Positions 34,879 through 47,967 of a DNA stretch of 64,000 nt are shown piece after piece (positions within the stretch are counted from its first letter, which is position 1; every line of letters begins with the position of its first letter). The stretch lies in assembly GCA_030704615.1 (NCBI GenBank), contig CM060732.1:81840001-81904000 (forward strand). The letters run 5' to 3'. Made by a program: the position numbers and the translations under genes. A model generated the notes under the pieces. It searched no databases. It saw only the letters and a list, made by a program, of their open reading frames with translations, and was not told the origin of the DNA. Source of the stretch: Takakia lepidozioides (Eukaryota > Plantae > Bryophyta).

Positions 34879-37800
34879 CTAGTTTGTTCTGGTGCTACTA
34901 GAATTAAGGACCCTGTAAAACAGTGCAATACTTACGGCCGATTGATAAGAGGGAAAAACAGGGTGAAATGTGTTGAAGAAGGTGCCTTGATTAACAGTGC
35001 CTGATTTGATCAATTGTGCCGCTGCTGCTGCGGCTTCCAGTTGACCATCTACCCATGCAGGTTTCTTGTACCTATCCTTCCACAAGGAATCATAGGTCTT
35101 CTGCCAGGGCCACAACAAAAAAAAAAAATAGCCCCTATTCATCCAAACAAGTGGGGCGTTTACAGAGGCATGACTGTAGTGACAGTTTGCAACTACCTCA
35201 CAGGGCAGAGATGGTATCCTACTCCATCACATACATGTGTATATATGTACATACATATAGATGTATACATATACTAAAATGTGGTACAGATATTCATATT
35301 ACCAAGCGTCGGGCCTGTCCAGCCAACCTTGCTCTTCCAACCCTCGATGGGTTGGTAACATTGGATCATGCTCTCTTCATGTTCTCACTCTCTTTCTTGC
35401 CCTTCGGGAAATCCCAGTACTTCACCAATGCATCCCAATGGCAGGACTTTACACTTGGAGGGCATGGACCTCCAGCCAACCACACCGGCTTTAACTTTTG
35501 GCGGTGTACTTCTATAATCCTCCCACATGCTTTCTGGAACTTGTCAACGCTCATAAGTTTAGGATAGTACTCAAAATCCGCGTCCATGGATTCCTTAACC
35601 TTGGCCATGTCACTGGGTTCCTGCTTGTCTGCTAGCAAAATGCTAGGATCAAGATATCTGATGTAGAGTCCCCGCAAGGAGCTCTGCCAGTAATCCTTCC
35701 CCTCACACCCCTGGTCTACTTCCCCCTTAGAGTTTAGTTGTACCTTGTGCGGCTTCAGCCCAACAGATTTGCGGGCTTTCGCATCAGTTTCATGTTCCTT
35801 TGCAGCCAGTCTTTTTTGTCTTTTTTTGTTTGCAGCCTGCGACGCCACATCCCCTTGTTGTGTGGAATCTTGATCATCACCAACAGGGGGGGTGAATGGA
35901 GGAGCAGCACCATTAAAAGGGGGGCCTGCCCACTGCCCACCAGCGGCGTTGCATGGAGGGCCCCAAGTTTGGGCACCTCCTTGTACCCAAGCTCCTTGGG
36001 ATCCTCCATTGGATCCACTTGGAATCCATGACCACGTGTTCGTCGTCTGTGGAGGGGCCATGGGCTGCTGCCAGGTAGGTGCTCCTTGCTGCAGCCACGT
36101 TTGCCCACCTCTGGATTGCACCCATGGGCCATTCGGGCCTTGTTGCACCCATGTCGTAGGTGGACCAGTAGCATTCGCCACAGCCTCAATCCCCCCTTCA
36201 TTTGCGCGCTTTGATGCAGCCTAACACAAGCCCCTCCACCCCACAAAAGTTAGCAATGATGGAAAATAAGGCCAACCGGGCAACGAGCAAGGTCGGCAGT
36301 TTGTGAACGCATACAAACCTTGGCCCAACGTGCCAAGAAAAGTTTGGCATCCAATGGCGTGAATGCATGGAATGTCACGCTCTGGCGCTTTAGCAATGTC
36401 CCACATCCATTCAGTATTAAAACCCTAACACATGTTCGAACCCTTTGAAATTTAATCCAGCAGTCAAGCCGTACATAGTCCAACTCGTAAGCCATTCATC
36501 TTTCTAACAAAGTTTCCAGGTCATTCACATTTAGGAAAGAACCAAGGTTTGATATATAACATTTACCACCATATATGCAGATTGTAAATTCATCACAAAA
36601 GCTAATTGCAGGTCTGGAGATAAATCTCCGAAACCAGGCTCAAAGCATATCAGGTTCAAAATGAAACAATCAACCACTCATGCCTTAAGTTCACAAGCCA
36701 ATCATAGTAGTAATAGGCTTGGTTATATAAACCAATCACCATCTCAGTCACTGTACGCATATACATTTCATGAGCCATTCTCCAGCCTCTCCCTCACTCT
36801 CAGTCCAGCCCCACACACTCCCTTCTCCATCAGTTCATCACTCCAAAGATCATTCCTCCGCCATACACCCCAGCCTCTTACTCACTTAGATTTACCCTAA
36901 ACCTTGCTCGGTTCTGCCTCTACCTCTGCTTTACACAAAACCCTACCCTAAACCCTACACATCATGAAAATGCTCAATTTGCTTCCACAATCTGAGAGGA
37001 ACTAAGGGTGAGATTGTACTCATAAGACGTTGTTTGCCGTAGCCTTGTGGCCATTGACCCCGCGCCCAGTTTGAGCGGGAACAAAAGGAACAGAACCTAC
37101 TTGTGTCAGGGGCTGACGTTGGTAGTAAGACTTACCTTCATATAAAGAATTAATCCGGGTTTTCCAGATATCCTCTAGAAATCCCTTCACACAAGCATCA
37201 ATCTGATGTGTGTGATTTGCACAAAAACTAGGCCTCATGAGGGTCTGGGCTTTTGGCTCAGCCTCGAGACTTTCAAAGTTGGTAAACAGGGGTACAGGCA
37301 CAATTCCCTTGATAGAATTGAAGAGAGCGTCTCTTTGGTGAGAGAACCCCGGACAGTGTATTAGAAAATGAATATTGTCTTCAGATTGCCCACACAACAG
37401 ACAATTGCACTCTCCCTTTCCTCTCTGCTTCTGTTAGCTGTTCAAAGGTAGGCTTCCTGCCCTGAGTTTAAATTTCAGTCTAGTGCCGAGAGTGGGTAGA
37501 TCCTTGAGGTCATCCAAGATGTCGTCCCCCATGTCACTGACTGGAAACAAGTTAAGGGAAGTTTTATGCCTAACTTCATTTTCATCAGACAATCTCATGG
37601 CAACAGACATGGCTTTGGACACTACAGCCTCTAAGTCAGATTTATCCAGCAGGGTCAAGACTTGGGGATCCAGGTCCAGGTCCTTGAGAATCTCTTCTAC
37701 TCTCTTCTACCAGGACAGCCTGTTTGACAGGGCGGTCCTGTTTCCAAGATATAGAGTCGATTAACTTAGGATATCTGGTCTTGGGCATATGTTGCAGCTG

Positions 37801-39536
37801 ACCCCACCATCTGACCTTGAATTCATGTCGTTAGGAGCTTAAGGACGGAATGCCAAACCCACCCCGAACAGCCACATTGGCTGTTTTGGAGCATGCTGAC
37901 ATACACTCCTTAAGCACCCCCACTTGAATGGATTCTACAGACTTAGCCTGGTTGGAGTTATCAACCCATAGCAGATTCGTACTTCCATGCAGGTCTAATA
38001 ATGCAACAAAGCATGGTTTTCTAAACCGGTGGAAAAATTTAGTGAGCCCTAGACCTTTGCCTTTGCCAGTTTGAACAACTTTCCGGATATGTGCATCCCA
38101 ATTACAATTGGAGGAAAACTGAATGCCCAGGTAAGTGTAGGGTTTAGGGTGGACTAGGATCTCTTGGGTATCCCACTGCCACTTAAGATCACTTCCTTCC
38201 TCTCCTCTATCGTTGAATGCTACCACTGCACATTTGCTGACATTAGCCTCTAGCCCCCAAAGATCAAAGTATCTCTTCGCGCAATCAATCAACTCATGGA
38301 GATTGGTTGGAGTCTCTCCTATGCCTGCGTAGTCATCCGCAAACATAAGGGCTGGTATGGTGGTATCACCCACCCTTAACCCTAAATCCCTCACTTTCCA
38401 CATCCTCGAGGAGTTGATTGATGAAAACATTGAAGAGCAGAGGGGAGAGAGTACATCCTTGAGCTACACCTTGGTCTATGTCAAAGAAGTTGGACTTCTG
38501 TCCGTTAACAGTGACACAGCTATGTGAACTAAGGGTGAGAGAGGGAGAGAGATAGAGACAGAGACAGAAGGGGTCTTAGGGATCCCACCGCCAGCTTGTT
38601 ACCCTCCTTGGTTGGGGTGGATGTCCTTAAGGGCCGCTTGGAAGGAGTCATGCGAACGACGATCTTCTCAACACTCTGGTCTTCCTCCTCGTCCGTGCTC
38701 TTGCTCTCTGCTGAGTAGTCAGCACTGGGAGTCACTCCACTATCCTCCCCCGGGTTGGTCTCCAAGTCGCTAGACTCCTTCTCCGTCACCCCCATGTGAA
38801 CATGACTCCTCTCCCTCAAACGAGTACTCCTTTGCACTGGGCCGTTCCACACATAGCGGGCAGTACGCGGGGGTCTCTCTTTCTCTCTACTCTCCCACAA
38901 TTGCCCGGGTCACTCACAACAAAACGCCCTCACAAGCCCAGGAAGCACACACACTTAGTACGCTCGCGTGAGAGACATGAGGTTGTCCAAGTGCCGCGCA
39001 GCATCCGACGGTCCACGTCCATCCAATGGCGGAGATGGGATGTGGACACGTCGTTTTTTTTTAAAAAACAAATTAGGGTACATATTAACCACTACACTAG
39101 TGTCCATAACCACTACATCCTGCTGACATGGCAGTCTTCTAGGGGCTCTTGGGACCTCAACTACCTTTCATGAAACAGACGTAAGTTTGGCGTGGAAGCA
39201 ACGCAGGGGAGGCCTTCTCTCGGCTCAGGTGTTGCGATCGCATTGCAAGTGCAAGGAAGGAGGGAAGGAATCATCGCATGAACAATATTCGAGCAGGGAG
39301 ACAGCTTCGACTTACAGTGCAGTGCCCTTGGAGCTCCAATCCAACAACCAAGCTTTGTTTTCAGCTACCCTGATAGCACGATACCGTTCATATTCCACCA
39401 TCCCTTCGCATTCTCCTGGGGTAAGTGACTCCTCTTCTCCTCCACTTTCGCTCTCTGCTGAACTAGGTGCTCTTGCCAAATCGCCTCCAGTGCCATCGTC
39501 GTTCAAATGTTTTGGGCTGCGTTCACTCTTTGCCAT
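34879..39536 (-). pseudogene. TnpA/ORF2-like (Transposase_24-type) gene of CACTA A
   Basis: Exon 1 at 39536-39316 (EYERYRAIRVAENK); exon with GPVQRSTRLRE; main exon ...HWDALVKYWDFPKGKKESENMKRA*SNVTNPSRVGR...RL|GT. Collinear with the element B gene. Confidence 0.72.
37014..38525 (-). mobile_element. 5'-truncated non-LTR retrotransposon (LINE RT plus C-terminal zinc finger), decayed
   Basis: GVAQGCTLSPLLF, LMFADD, YTYLGIQF, CLLCGQSEDNIHFLIHCP; 15-bp TSD GAACTAAGGGTGAGA (36999-37013, 38526-38540); no poly-A tail. Confidence 0.92.
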
Positions 39537-40053
39537 AGAACCTGCACTCTCCTTCAGCAAAATTGAAAAGAGACTGAGCCTAACTAAACCCTACAAGTGC
39601 ACATTCAGATAGAGCGATGGAGGAGGCTGTAGATATAAGCACATGCCAACAGACGGGCTAACGGCTTCGTTCTAACTACAAATGCATATGATGGGCTGGG
39701 CTACTGCTCACAACCTTCAAGACATCCTATCTTAAAGCACTATAGCTTGTACCTAGAAGTAGGGTCTGCTAGGTCACTACGTAGTGATTCAATCCACTCT
39801 GAATATTACTAAGAAGGTGGTTTGTAGATGACAAGAGGCAACTTTTTCCATTTTCTGCACTGTCAGAGTCATACTCACTCTCTTTGTAGTTCTAAAGTTG
39901 AAATATGAGGTGTGAAACAACCACTCAGAAAGTGGTACCTTACAACTCTATGAGTAGAGATGTACAGTAGATTGTTGAAATTCTTGCTTTTTAGGGACTT
40001 GGTATATTAATCTTGATTCTCCCCTCATACCAGGAAAGGAATTCCTTAGCATC

Positions 40054-40331
40054 ATGGAGCCTGACAGAGCAGCTGTCGTGCTGAGATTACAACAGCGCGA
40101 CGATGCTCTTTTTCAGCGTGAGGTTGCGCGGTGTCGAGAGTATGGTCTCAACAAGTTAAGATGCCATTGCAATCACTATAAGGGTGGACGACCGGTCTCT
40201 ATAGAGAGAGTGAGAAAACATCTAATGGCCAATCATAGATCCCCTGCGTTCAGATCCTGGAGAGGAGCAAGGAGGCATGCTTCTGACGATGAATGGGAAG
40301 ACACGGCCGTGGTGGTTGGTGACGACGTAGC
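40054..40331 (+). pseudogene. CACTA A transposase (TnpD), N-terminal transposase-associated domain; interrupted by element B
   Basis: LRCHCNHYKGG...VRKHLMAN...FRSW; frame continues in phase after removing B and one AGC copy (DDVA|LANHRTQGELDRN). Confidence 0.85.
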
Positions 40332-41009
40332 CACTACAAGAGATGAGCGTTTTTAGGACTACGGCTTTGGCGGAGTCATAAAAACTGCACTAGGTAGATG
40401 ACTACAGAGCGCTGAAATGCGTTGCAGTCATAGTTTTATCACTACATGACGCCGGATATCACTACATGACTCCGGAAAGTTAGGAAACTTTGGTCAAACA
40501 TTGTTGACCACAATGATAGGGATGGTTTATATGACTAGTGTGATATGTTTGACTACACGTGGACGACGTTTCATGGAATGTTATGACTCCATGACTGGAG
40601 ATGGTTTCACAACTCTAATTATACGACTACATCGCTACACGTGTCATTTCGAAGGCAAATACACAAATGTATTCATCCATTGGACGAGTTCATCCACAGC
40701 ATGACATGGCATGTAAACTTATGACTGTCTGACTGCAGATTGATTCATGACTCTATATATATGACTACATCACTACCCGTGGCATTTTAAAGGCATTTAT
40801 ATGACTTTATTAGTACATGTGTCATTTTGAAGACATATACATGAATGGATCCATCCATTGGATGAGCTCATCCATCCATGTTTGCCAAAATCCTATCAGC
40901 TTAGTGCATGTGTTAGTTTCCTATTGGTTTGATATAGCTCAAGCATTTTGTAGTTACCGTAGAGCACTAAGTTGCATTCTTCATTGAGTCTGTAAAGTGA
41001 GAGTCTGCA

Positions 41010-44000
41010 GAGGATGCCATTTGGAATGTGGAGTTTGCAGAGAGGGAATGTGCGACAGTATGGCTGAACGACGGGTCGTGTCTTCAAATGCGATGATTGC
41101 AGGATAGCATGGTGATCATATCATAGGCGAGAACTGCATCTACTTGAAGAAATTTGGAACGTTACCTTCATGGACATGTATGGAAGCATCGACGATGCGA
41201 ATTCGAAGGGAGAGTTCGATAGGATTTACAAAGGTTATCTGGTGTCAGATTGGTAAGTTATAATCGAAACGTTTAAATATCTACTGCCAAGTCTACATCT
41301 CTTCCATTAGCAGTTATAACCAATCACCATCATGAAGCTACAGGCCCGATACGAAATCCCAATCGGAACCTGCATCTTCCTCCCCCTTTTTGTCCTTATT
41401 TTGTTGTCAAACCCTTCATTCTATGTGGAAGGTTCCAAAGGGAACTTCACATTTCCCCTTATGATCTTGATTTTGGGAATTCTTTTCGAATGCAATGCTG
41501 TTAGGATATGGGTAGCATTGTCGTCATCACAGGTTGGCCGGTCAAATAATGGAAGATATTACAAAGGAAAGGTTGAAGCTGGCCGCCAGTATATGTGTTC
41601 TCTCTGCGAATTGCCAAACTGGCTTCACCAAGAATGTGCAGGGTCGCAATGTCCTCACTAACTTTTAGGTTACTCTCATTTTAAGTGGGTGCAGTGTTGC
41701 TTCTAGTATGGGGCTCTTATCACTCAGTACATCATAGCGAAATTGAAGTGCTTATTCAAATCTGTGTCTTTTGGCACTCTAAAGTGAGTTTTTTTTGTTG
41801 TTAGGGTTAAAGGCCGTGTTGTAAATTGACTTGGGATTGGTCCAGGGAATAAATTTCACCACAGATAAGTTGATGGAGGCTGGTGCGGAAATGGTAGAGT
41901 CTGATAGAGTCACATGTGGATGTGAAAACAACAGACAATTACATATTGCGGATTTTCTGCATTGGCTTCACAAAGAAGCGACCCAACCACATTAAGCGCA
42001 CTTGCTACGCACAATTTCAAAAATGTTAGACAATTTCTAGGGCTCTTCGACAAAATGATGCAATTCTTAGAAGTTGAATGGCAGTCTCTGAAAGAAATAG
42101 AACCTCAAGTACACTAGCCAATAGTTTTTGGGGATAATGAAGGCATTTCAGGTCTCTGATGTCCATTTCTGAGGTTCATGTGTGAGTGGGAAAGAGAGAC
42201 AGAGACAGAGACAGAGACAAAAATTTCCATAGAACATGACGGTTGCAATGGTGGTTGCTTGTCAGGAACACTACAAAACATTGTATGCAGCCAGTATTTC
42301 CATGCAGGTCCTTCACCAGTTTCGCGATATGCAGCCTGATGTAAGTAGTGTTACCATGTCTCGGCTTGCTTCGGTGGAAGATGAGGGAGATCATTGTGCA
42401 TGAAGCTCAAACTTGTGATTTGAAGGTTCTTGTAGCCAAGTTCATTCCAGAGGTGATTGGAAAAGACATTGAGAAGATATCAGCCAGTATGTATCCTATA
42501 CAGAACACCTTCATCCACAAAGTAAATATTATGAAAGCTCCCAGAGTTGATGTGGGCAAGCTTATGGAGGTAGAACTCGCTTCCCTCCTCTAATTTAAGT
42601 GCTGGATAAGTTTCAGTTTAGTGTCGACGTTCACTGCACACATTGGCTGTTTTCTTGGCTGGTATCTTGTTGCTTGGCTGCTTTCATGGGGATCACATAT
42701 AGTGAGGAGGTGGTAGCAAAGATAGAGCGACATGTTGGTGAGTTTGAAGAGCTTGAAGGGGAGCATGTTGAGGTACCAGGGGTTAAATTTCCCGTGTGTA
42801 GTGGAAGGGGAGGAGTACGAACATAAGTTCTGCTGCAATAATTTTTGTTTTCCAGCCTACATGTTCTTGTTGGATATTAATTGAAGTGCTTTCAATGTTG
42901 CTGCAATACCATAATAAAGTGGAGGCTGCTGAATACAGTTGGTCTTGCTTGGTGCGGACAAAATCCATTGCAATGTGGAGATGGCTGATTATAGCATTTC
43001 CAGAGGATGGTGTGGATGGCCTTGCGTGGTGCATGTAGAGTCCGTGGCAATGTGGAGATGGCTGAATGGGCAAAGGAGGCAAGTGGCAAAGAAGCCACGT
43101 CACTAGTACATAGTTGTGTGCGACATACTACAAGAAATTGTACTATATGTCATTCGAGAGACTGTCATTGTTGGTCCATGTGTTTTACAACAATGCTATC
43201 AATATAAGACTTCTGGTTCGCATTGGAAGCTCAATCCCTGTAAGTTCATTGTGTGTGAAGCTCAAACTTGTGATTTGAAGGATCTTGTAGCCAAGTTCAT
43301 TCAACCGGAAAGGAAAAATTCTGACAGCTCCCAAATTTGATGTGGGCAAGCTTATGGAGGTAAAACTTAGCTTCCCTCCTCTAATGTAAGTGCTGGATAA
43401 GTTTCATTTAGTGTCGACCTTCACTGCATATATTGGCTCTTTTCTTGGCTGATATGCTGTTGGTTGGCTTCTTTCATTTCACGTGTGTAGTGGAAGGGGA
43501 GAAGTACTTTCCTAAGTTCTGCTGCAACAATGTCTTTTTCCAGCCTAGATGTTCTCGATGGATACAAATTGAAGTGCTTTGAATGTTGCTGCAATACTAT
43601 AATAAAGTGGAGGGTGCTGAATGCAGTTGGCCTTGCTTCGTGCAGGCATAATCCAGGGAAATGTGGACATAGCTGAAACCCCATGATAGCATTTCCAGAG
43701 GACGGTGTGGATGGCCTCACAATCCAGCATGCAAAATCCATGGCAATGTGGAGATGGCTGAATGGGAAAACAGGTTAAGTGGCGAACAAGCCACGTCACC
43801 GGTACATAGTTGCATGCTTACATAGTACATGAAAGCGTACTATATGTCATTCCCGAAAATGACCATGTTGGTCCATGTATTTTACAACAATGCTATCAAT
43901 AAAAAACCAATGGTTCGCATTGGAAACTCAATCCCCGTAAGTGGCTTGTGCGTGATGCTCAAACTTGTGATTTGAAGGATCTTATACCCCAGTTCATTGC

Positions 44001-44220
44001 AGAGGTGATTGGAAAAGACATTGAGAAGGCAACAGCCGTTATCTATCCTCTACAGATCCCCTTCAATTTGATGTGGGAAAGCCGGCTGGCTGGAGGTCTA
44101 GTCTCACTTTCACTCATCTAATGTCAGTGTTGTATCCATTGCAATGTGGAGATGTTTGAAACAACATTGGAGCATTTCCAGAGGATGGTCTACATGGCCT
44201 TTCGTGGCGTGTGCCGAATC
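41010..44220 (+). pseudogene. Captured fragments of ribosomal protein S3a (eS1) and PLS-class PPR genes, partly triplicated
   Basis: RPS3a: [80 protein letters not shown]...DVGKLME. PPR: DSMAERRVVSSNAMIAG, DMYGSIDDA, VWMALRGACRVRGNVEMAE. Confidence 0.82.
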
Positions 44221-47200
44221 TGTCGCGGCCCTTTGCCTTGAGGGCAGGGGGTCGGGACACATGAGGGGCTGCCCCTGTGGTGGGGGCAGCGACAGCGATA
44301 GGTATGGGGGGCTGAAGCACCCTTGAGTGCCCAAGGCACTCAGGGAAGCGGAGGCGCTCACTAGGTGGAGCCCCGCACACCGGGTTGCGGTGGGGGTGGC
44401 TCCACAAGGGGTGGTGGTAGCTTAGTGGGACTTAGTGGGGGTGGCATAGGACTCACCATGGGGGCGGAGACCTTGTGGTGGGAATCGTGGGGAGTCTTGG
44501 GACTCATCACGGTCCATAGGGGCCGTGGTGAGCGGGCCAAGACTCACCGCGACTCACCACCGGGAATCGAGGGTCTTCGTGGTGGTTCGCCATAAAATGG
44601 CATGGCTGGTTGTGAAACCCCCGCGGACAGCTACAGAAGTATATATAGGGAGTAGTAACCCCGAGAACGGTGCAAGCCCGTTGGTGACCAAAAACTAGTG
44701 AGTAAGCGAGCGAGCCGGAAAGCGACCAAAGAGTGGGGAGCTGTTCCGGACTGCCATCTACCAAAGGGAATTCTCCTAGTCCCAAATAGGTGGAGGGTCG
44801 AGAGGGTAGTGAAGGGGGGACCGTTATGTCCCGGTGAGCAGCCGAAGCTCCAAGTCGGTCCGGGCGGCCGGGTTGGGAGTCAGGCGCGCCCATCAAAGCG
44901 AGTAACTATGACTTGAAGGGGTGCTTACCGAAGTGAGGTGCGCGACACTTGGTATCAGAGCTTAGAGTTCAGTACGCGATCGTCCTTGGGGTTGGCCTCA
45001 TCATGGGGTCGGGCAAGCCAAAGCGAAAGCGGAACGGCCCAAAAGATGATGATCCTTGTGAGCCCGATGGGGGCGACGTGTCACCGAGGCGGCCGTTTGA
45101 GGAAGCGATGAATGTTTCCGATAACGAGGCCGCTCAAGAGTGGGAGGAATCCGAGGAGTCGGAGCCCGAGGAATCCTTGAGAGCTCCGACAAACCAAGAG
45201 ATGCCTCCCATGCCGGCAGCTTTTTGGGAAGGGTTGTTGGCGCAGTTTGGCGGTACGTTGAAAGACGTGTTGAAGGCGGCTAATGCCACTTCCACTAAGG
45301 CAAAGTTTAAGGTGAAGCCTAAGGAACCCGGCACCTTCGAGGGCGTTCGAAATCGGAAGGCACTCAACACCTGGCTCCTGGAGCTAGAGCAGTACTTCCG
45401 GGCGGCCAAGTTGAGTGACGAGGATCGGGTGGAAGTGGCTCCCACCTATTTGAGGGGCTATGCTCAACAATGGTGGCAGAAACGCCTTCACGACCGAGGC
45501 CCAAGCCCGGAAACCTTGAACTGGAGTGGGTTCAAGGAATTGATGAAGAGACAGTTTGTGCCCCTAAACGCATCCTGGCTTGCCCGGGACAAGATGAGGA
45601 ATTTGAAGCAAACAGATGACATTCGGGGGTATGTCCAGGCTTTCAACGTGCTGTTGCTCGAAGTCGCGGACATGGCAGAACCAGAAATGGTCTTCAACTT
45701 TGTGGCGGGACTGGCCCCATGGGCCAGGCGGAAGTTGGAGGAGAAGCCACCCAAGACTTTGAACGAGGCAATTGAGAGGGCTGAATGTTTCTCGGATGTC
45801 TCTAGGGGTGAGAGACAAGGCCGTACGGAGCTGAACCACAAGAAGACCCGGTGGGAAGGTGACTCCTTCCGACCGGAAAAGAAGTGGGATAGGCCACGCG
45901 GCGACAACGGCACGTGGAAATCGAAGGGAGGGCCTTCACACGTCAAGGCGGCACCCGGTGCTTCGAAAGGAAAAGCCGGTGGAGCGACTTATGGCGGACA
46001 GAAGGCAACCTTTGATGGAGTGTGTTTCAATTGCGGGGAGCCCGGCACATGGCCAAGAAGTGCACAAAACCTCGACAATTGAACATGACTCGGGCAACCA
46101 CGGAGCTGTCGGAAGATACCATCAGTCGCTTGGTGGAAGCGGTGGTTGCCAGGACTTGCAAGGTAGGCAACTATTCTTGTGAGTTGTATTAGGAAACTGG
46201 CGCCCTGCGTAAAGGGAGTCAGTTATTGTTCGTGGATGGGATAATATCCGGAACTAACGTGTCGTTGTTGGTGGACACAGGAGCATCGCACTCCTTCATG
46301 ACGCCGGCGGCGGCGCGAAAGTTGGGACTCCCGACAAGTGACGTGGGGGCCTCTATTGAGGTGCGCTCTGCCAAAGGAGAACCTCAGTTGGCGACTAGGT
46401 TGGCGTTTGATGTTCCTCTTCAACTGGGGAGTTGGGAGGGACGTGAGAACTTCACCATCTGCGAGATCGATGGAGTGGATCTCATTTTGGGGATGACCTT
46501 TTTGAGCAAATCCGGAGCGGTCATAGATGGCCGCAAGAGAGTAGTCACGCTGCCATGTGGGAATGGTGGCGAGGTTTTACGAGTGTCGGAAACGCCCAAA
46601 TCCGTGGGAGGGCGAATAAACCTTCTGTCAGCAAAAGAGTGGGCCGTGGATGAGGCACACAAGTCCCAATTTTTGCTTTACATTAGAGAAGTGAAAGGAG
46701 AAGGCGATGGGGAGCCGAGCCCAAATTGGATCAAGGGGATTTTGGAGAAATACCAGGATGTGATGCCGGAGGATTTACCAAGCGGCTTGCCACCGCGAAG
46801 AGGAGTTGACCACAAGATCGAGGTGATACCGGGATCAGAACCGCCTGCCAAGGCGCCCTACCTGTTGAGCCACAGAGAGTTGGTCGAGCTGAAGACTCAG
46901 CTCAAGGATCTAATGTCAAAGGGATACATCCGGCCGAGTAAGTCACCTTACGGAGCCCCGGTGCTATTCGCAGACAAGAAGGATGGGACGCTGCGGATGT
47001 GTGTCGATTACAGGGCTTTGAATAAGGTGACTATTAAAAACCGGTACCCTTTGCCAAGGATCGACGACCTTTTCGACCGGTTGGCAGGAGCGAAGTATTT
47101 CAGCCGGATCGACTTGCGCTCCGGCTATCATCAAATTCGGGTGGCGGAAGGAGATGAGGAGAAGACCGCGTGCAGGACAAGGTATGGTTCATATGAGTTC

Positions 47201-47967
47201 TTGGTGATGCCTTTTGGGCTCACCAATTCACCAGCGACATTTAGCACGCTGATGAACAGCCTTTTCCAAGAGTGGTTGGATGACTTTGTGATCGTGTACA
47301 TCGACGACATCTTGGTGTACTTGAAAACAAAAGAGGAGCACCTGGAGCACCTCAAAAGGGTGTTCCAAAAGTTGCGGGAAGGGAAGCTGTATGCCAAAGC
47401 TTCAAAGTGCGAATTCGGGGTCACAAAAGTGGAGTTCCTGGGGCATGTGATTACACAGGATGGGATCAAAATGGATGACAGAAAGGTGAGGGCGATCTTG
47501 GACTGGGAGCCTCCGACTTCGGTCCCGGGAGTGCGATCCTTCCTAGGACTCGCCTCCTATTACCGGAAGTATGTGAGAAATTTCGCCAAGATCGCGGGGC
47601 CGCTGTCGGACCTTCTGTGTAAATCCAAAGTCTGGGTATGGAACACATTTTGTGGCCAAGCTTTTGCTGAATTGAAGCAGCGGATGACGGAAGCTCTAGT
47701 CTTGAAAATCCCGGAGTTCGATCGTCCGTTTGAGATTCATACAGATGCATCGGACTTCGCGATTGGGGGTGTACTTATGCAAGATGGACGTCCAGTGGCT
47801 TACGAAAGTAAGAAACTGAATGAAGTGGAGCGACGGTGGCCGACGCACGAAAAAGAGATGAAGGCGGTGGTGCATTGCCTTGAGCTCTGGCGCCACTATG
47901 TTGGTTCCAACCCAGTGAAGGTGTTCACGGACAATGTCACGGTGAAGTATTTTGCCACGCAGCCCAA
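44221..47967 (+). mobile_element. Ty3/gypsy chromovirus copy 2 (5' LTR 44221-44947, PBS, gag to RNase H), 3'-truncated
   Basis: Same family as copy 1; PBS TGGTATCAGAGC at 44950; frameshift near 46045 and stop near 46190; homology ends at ...CAGCCCAA 47967. Confidence 0.95.
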
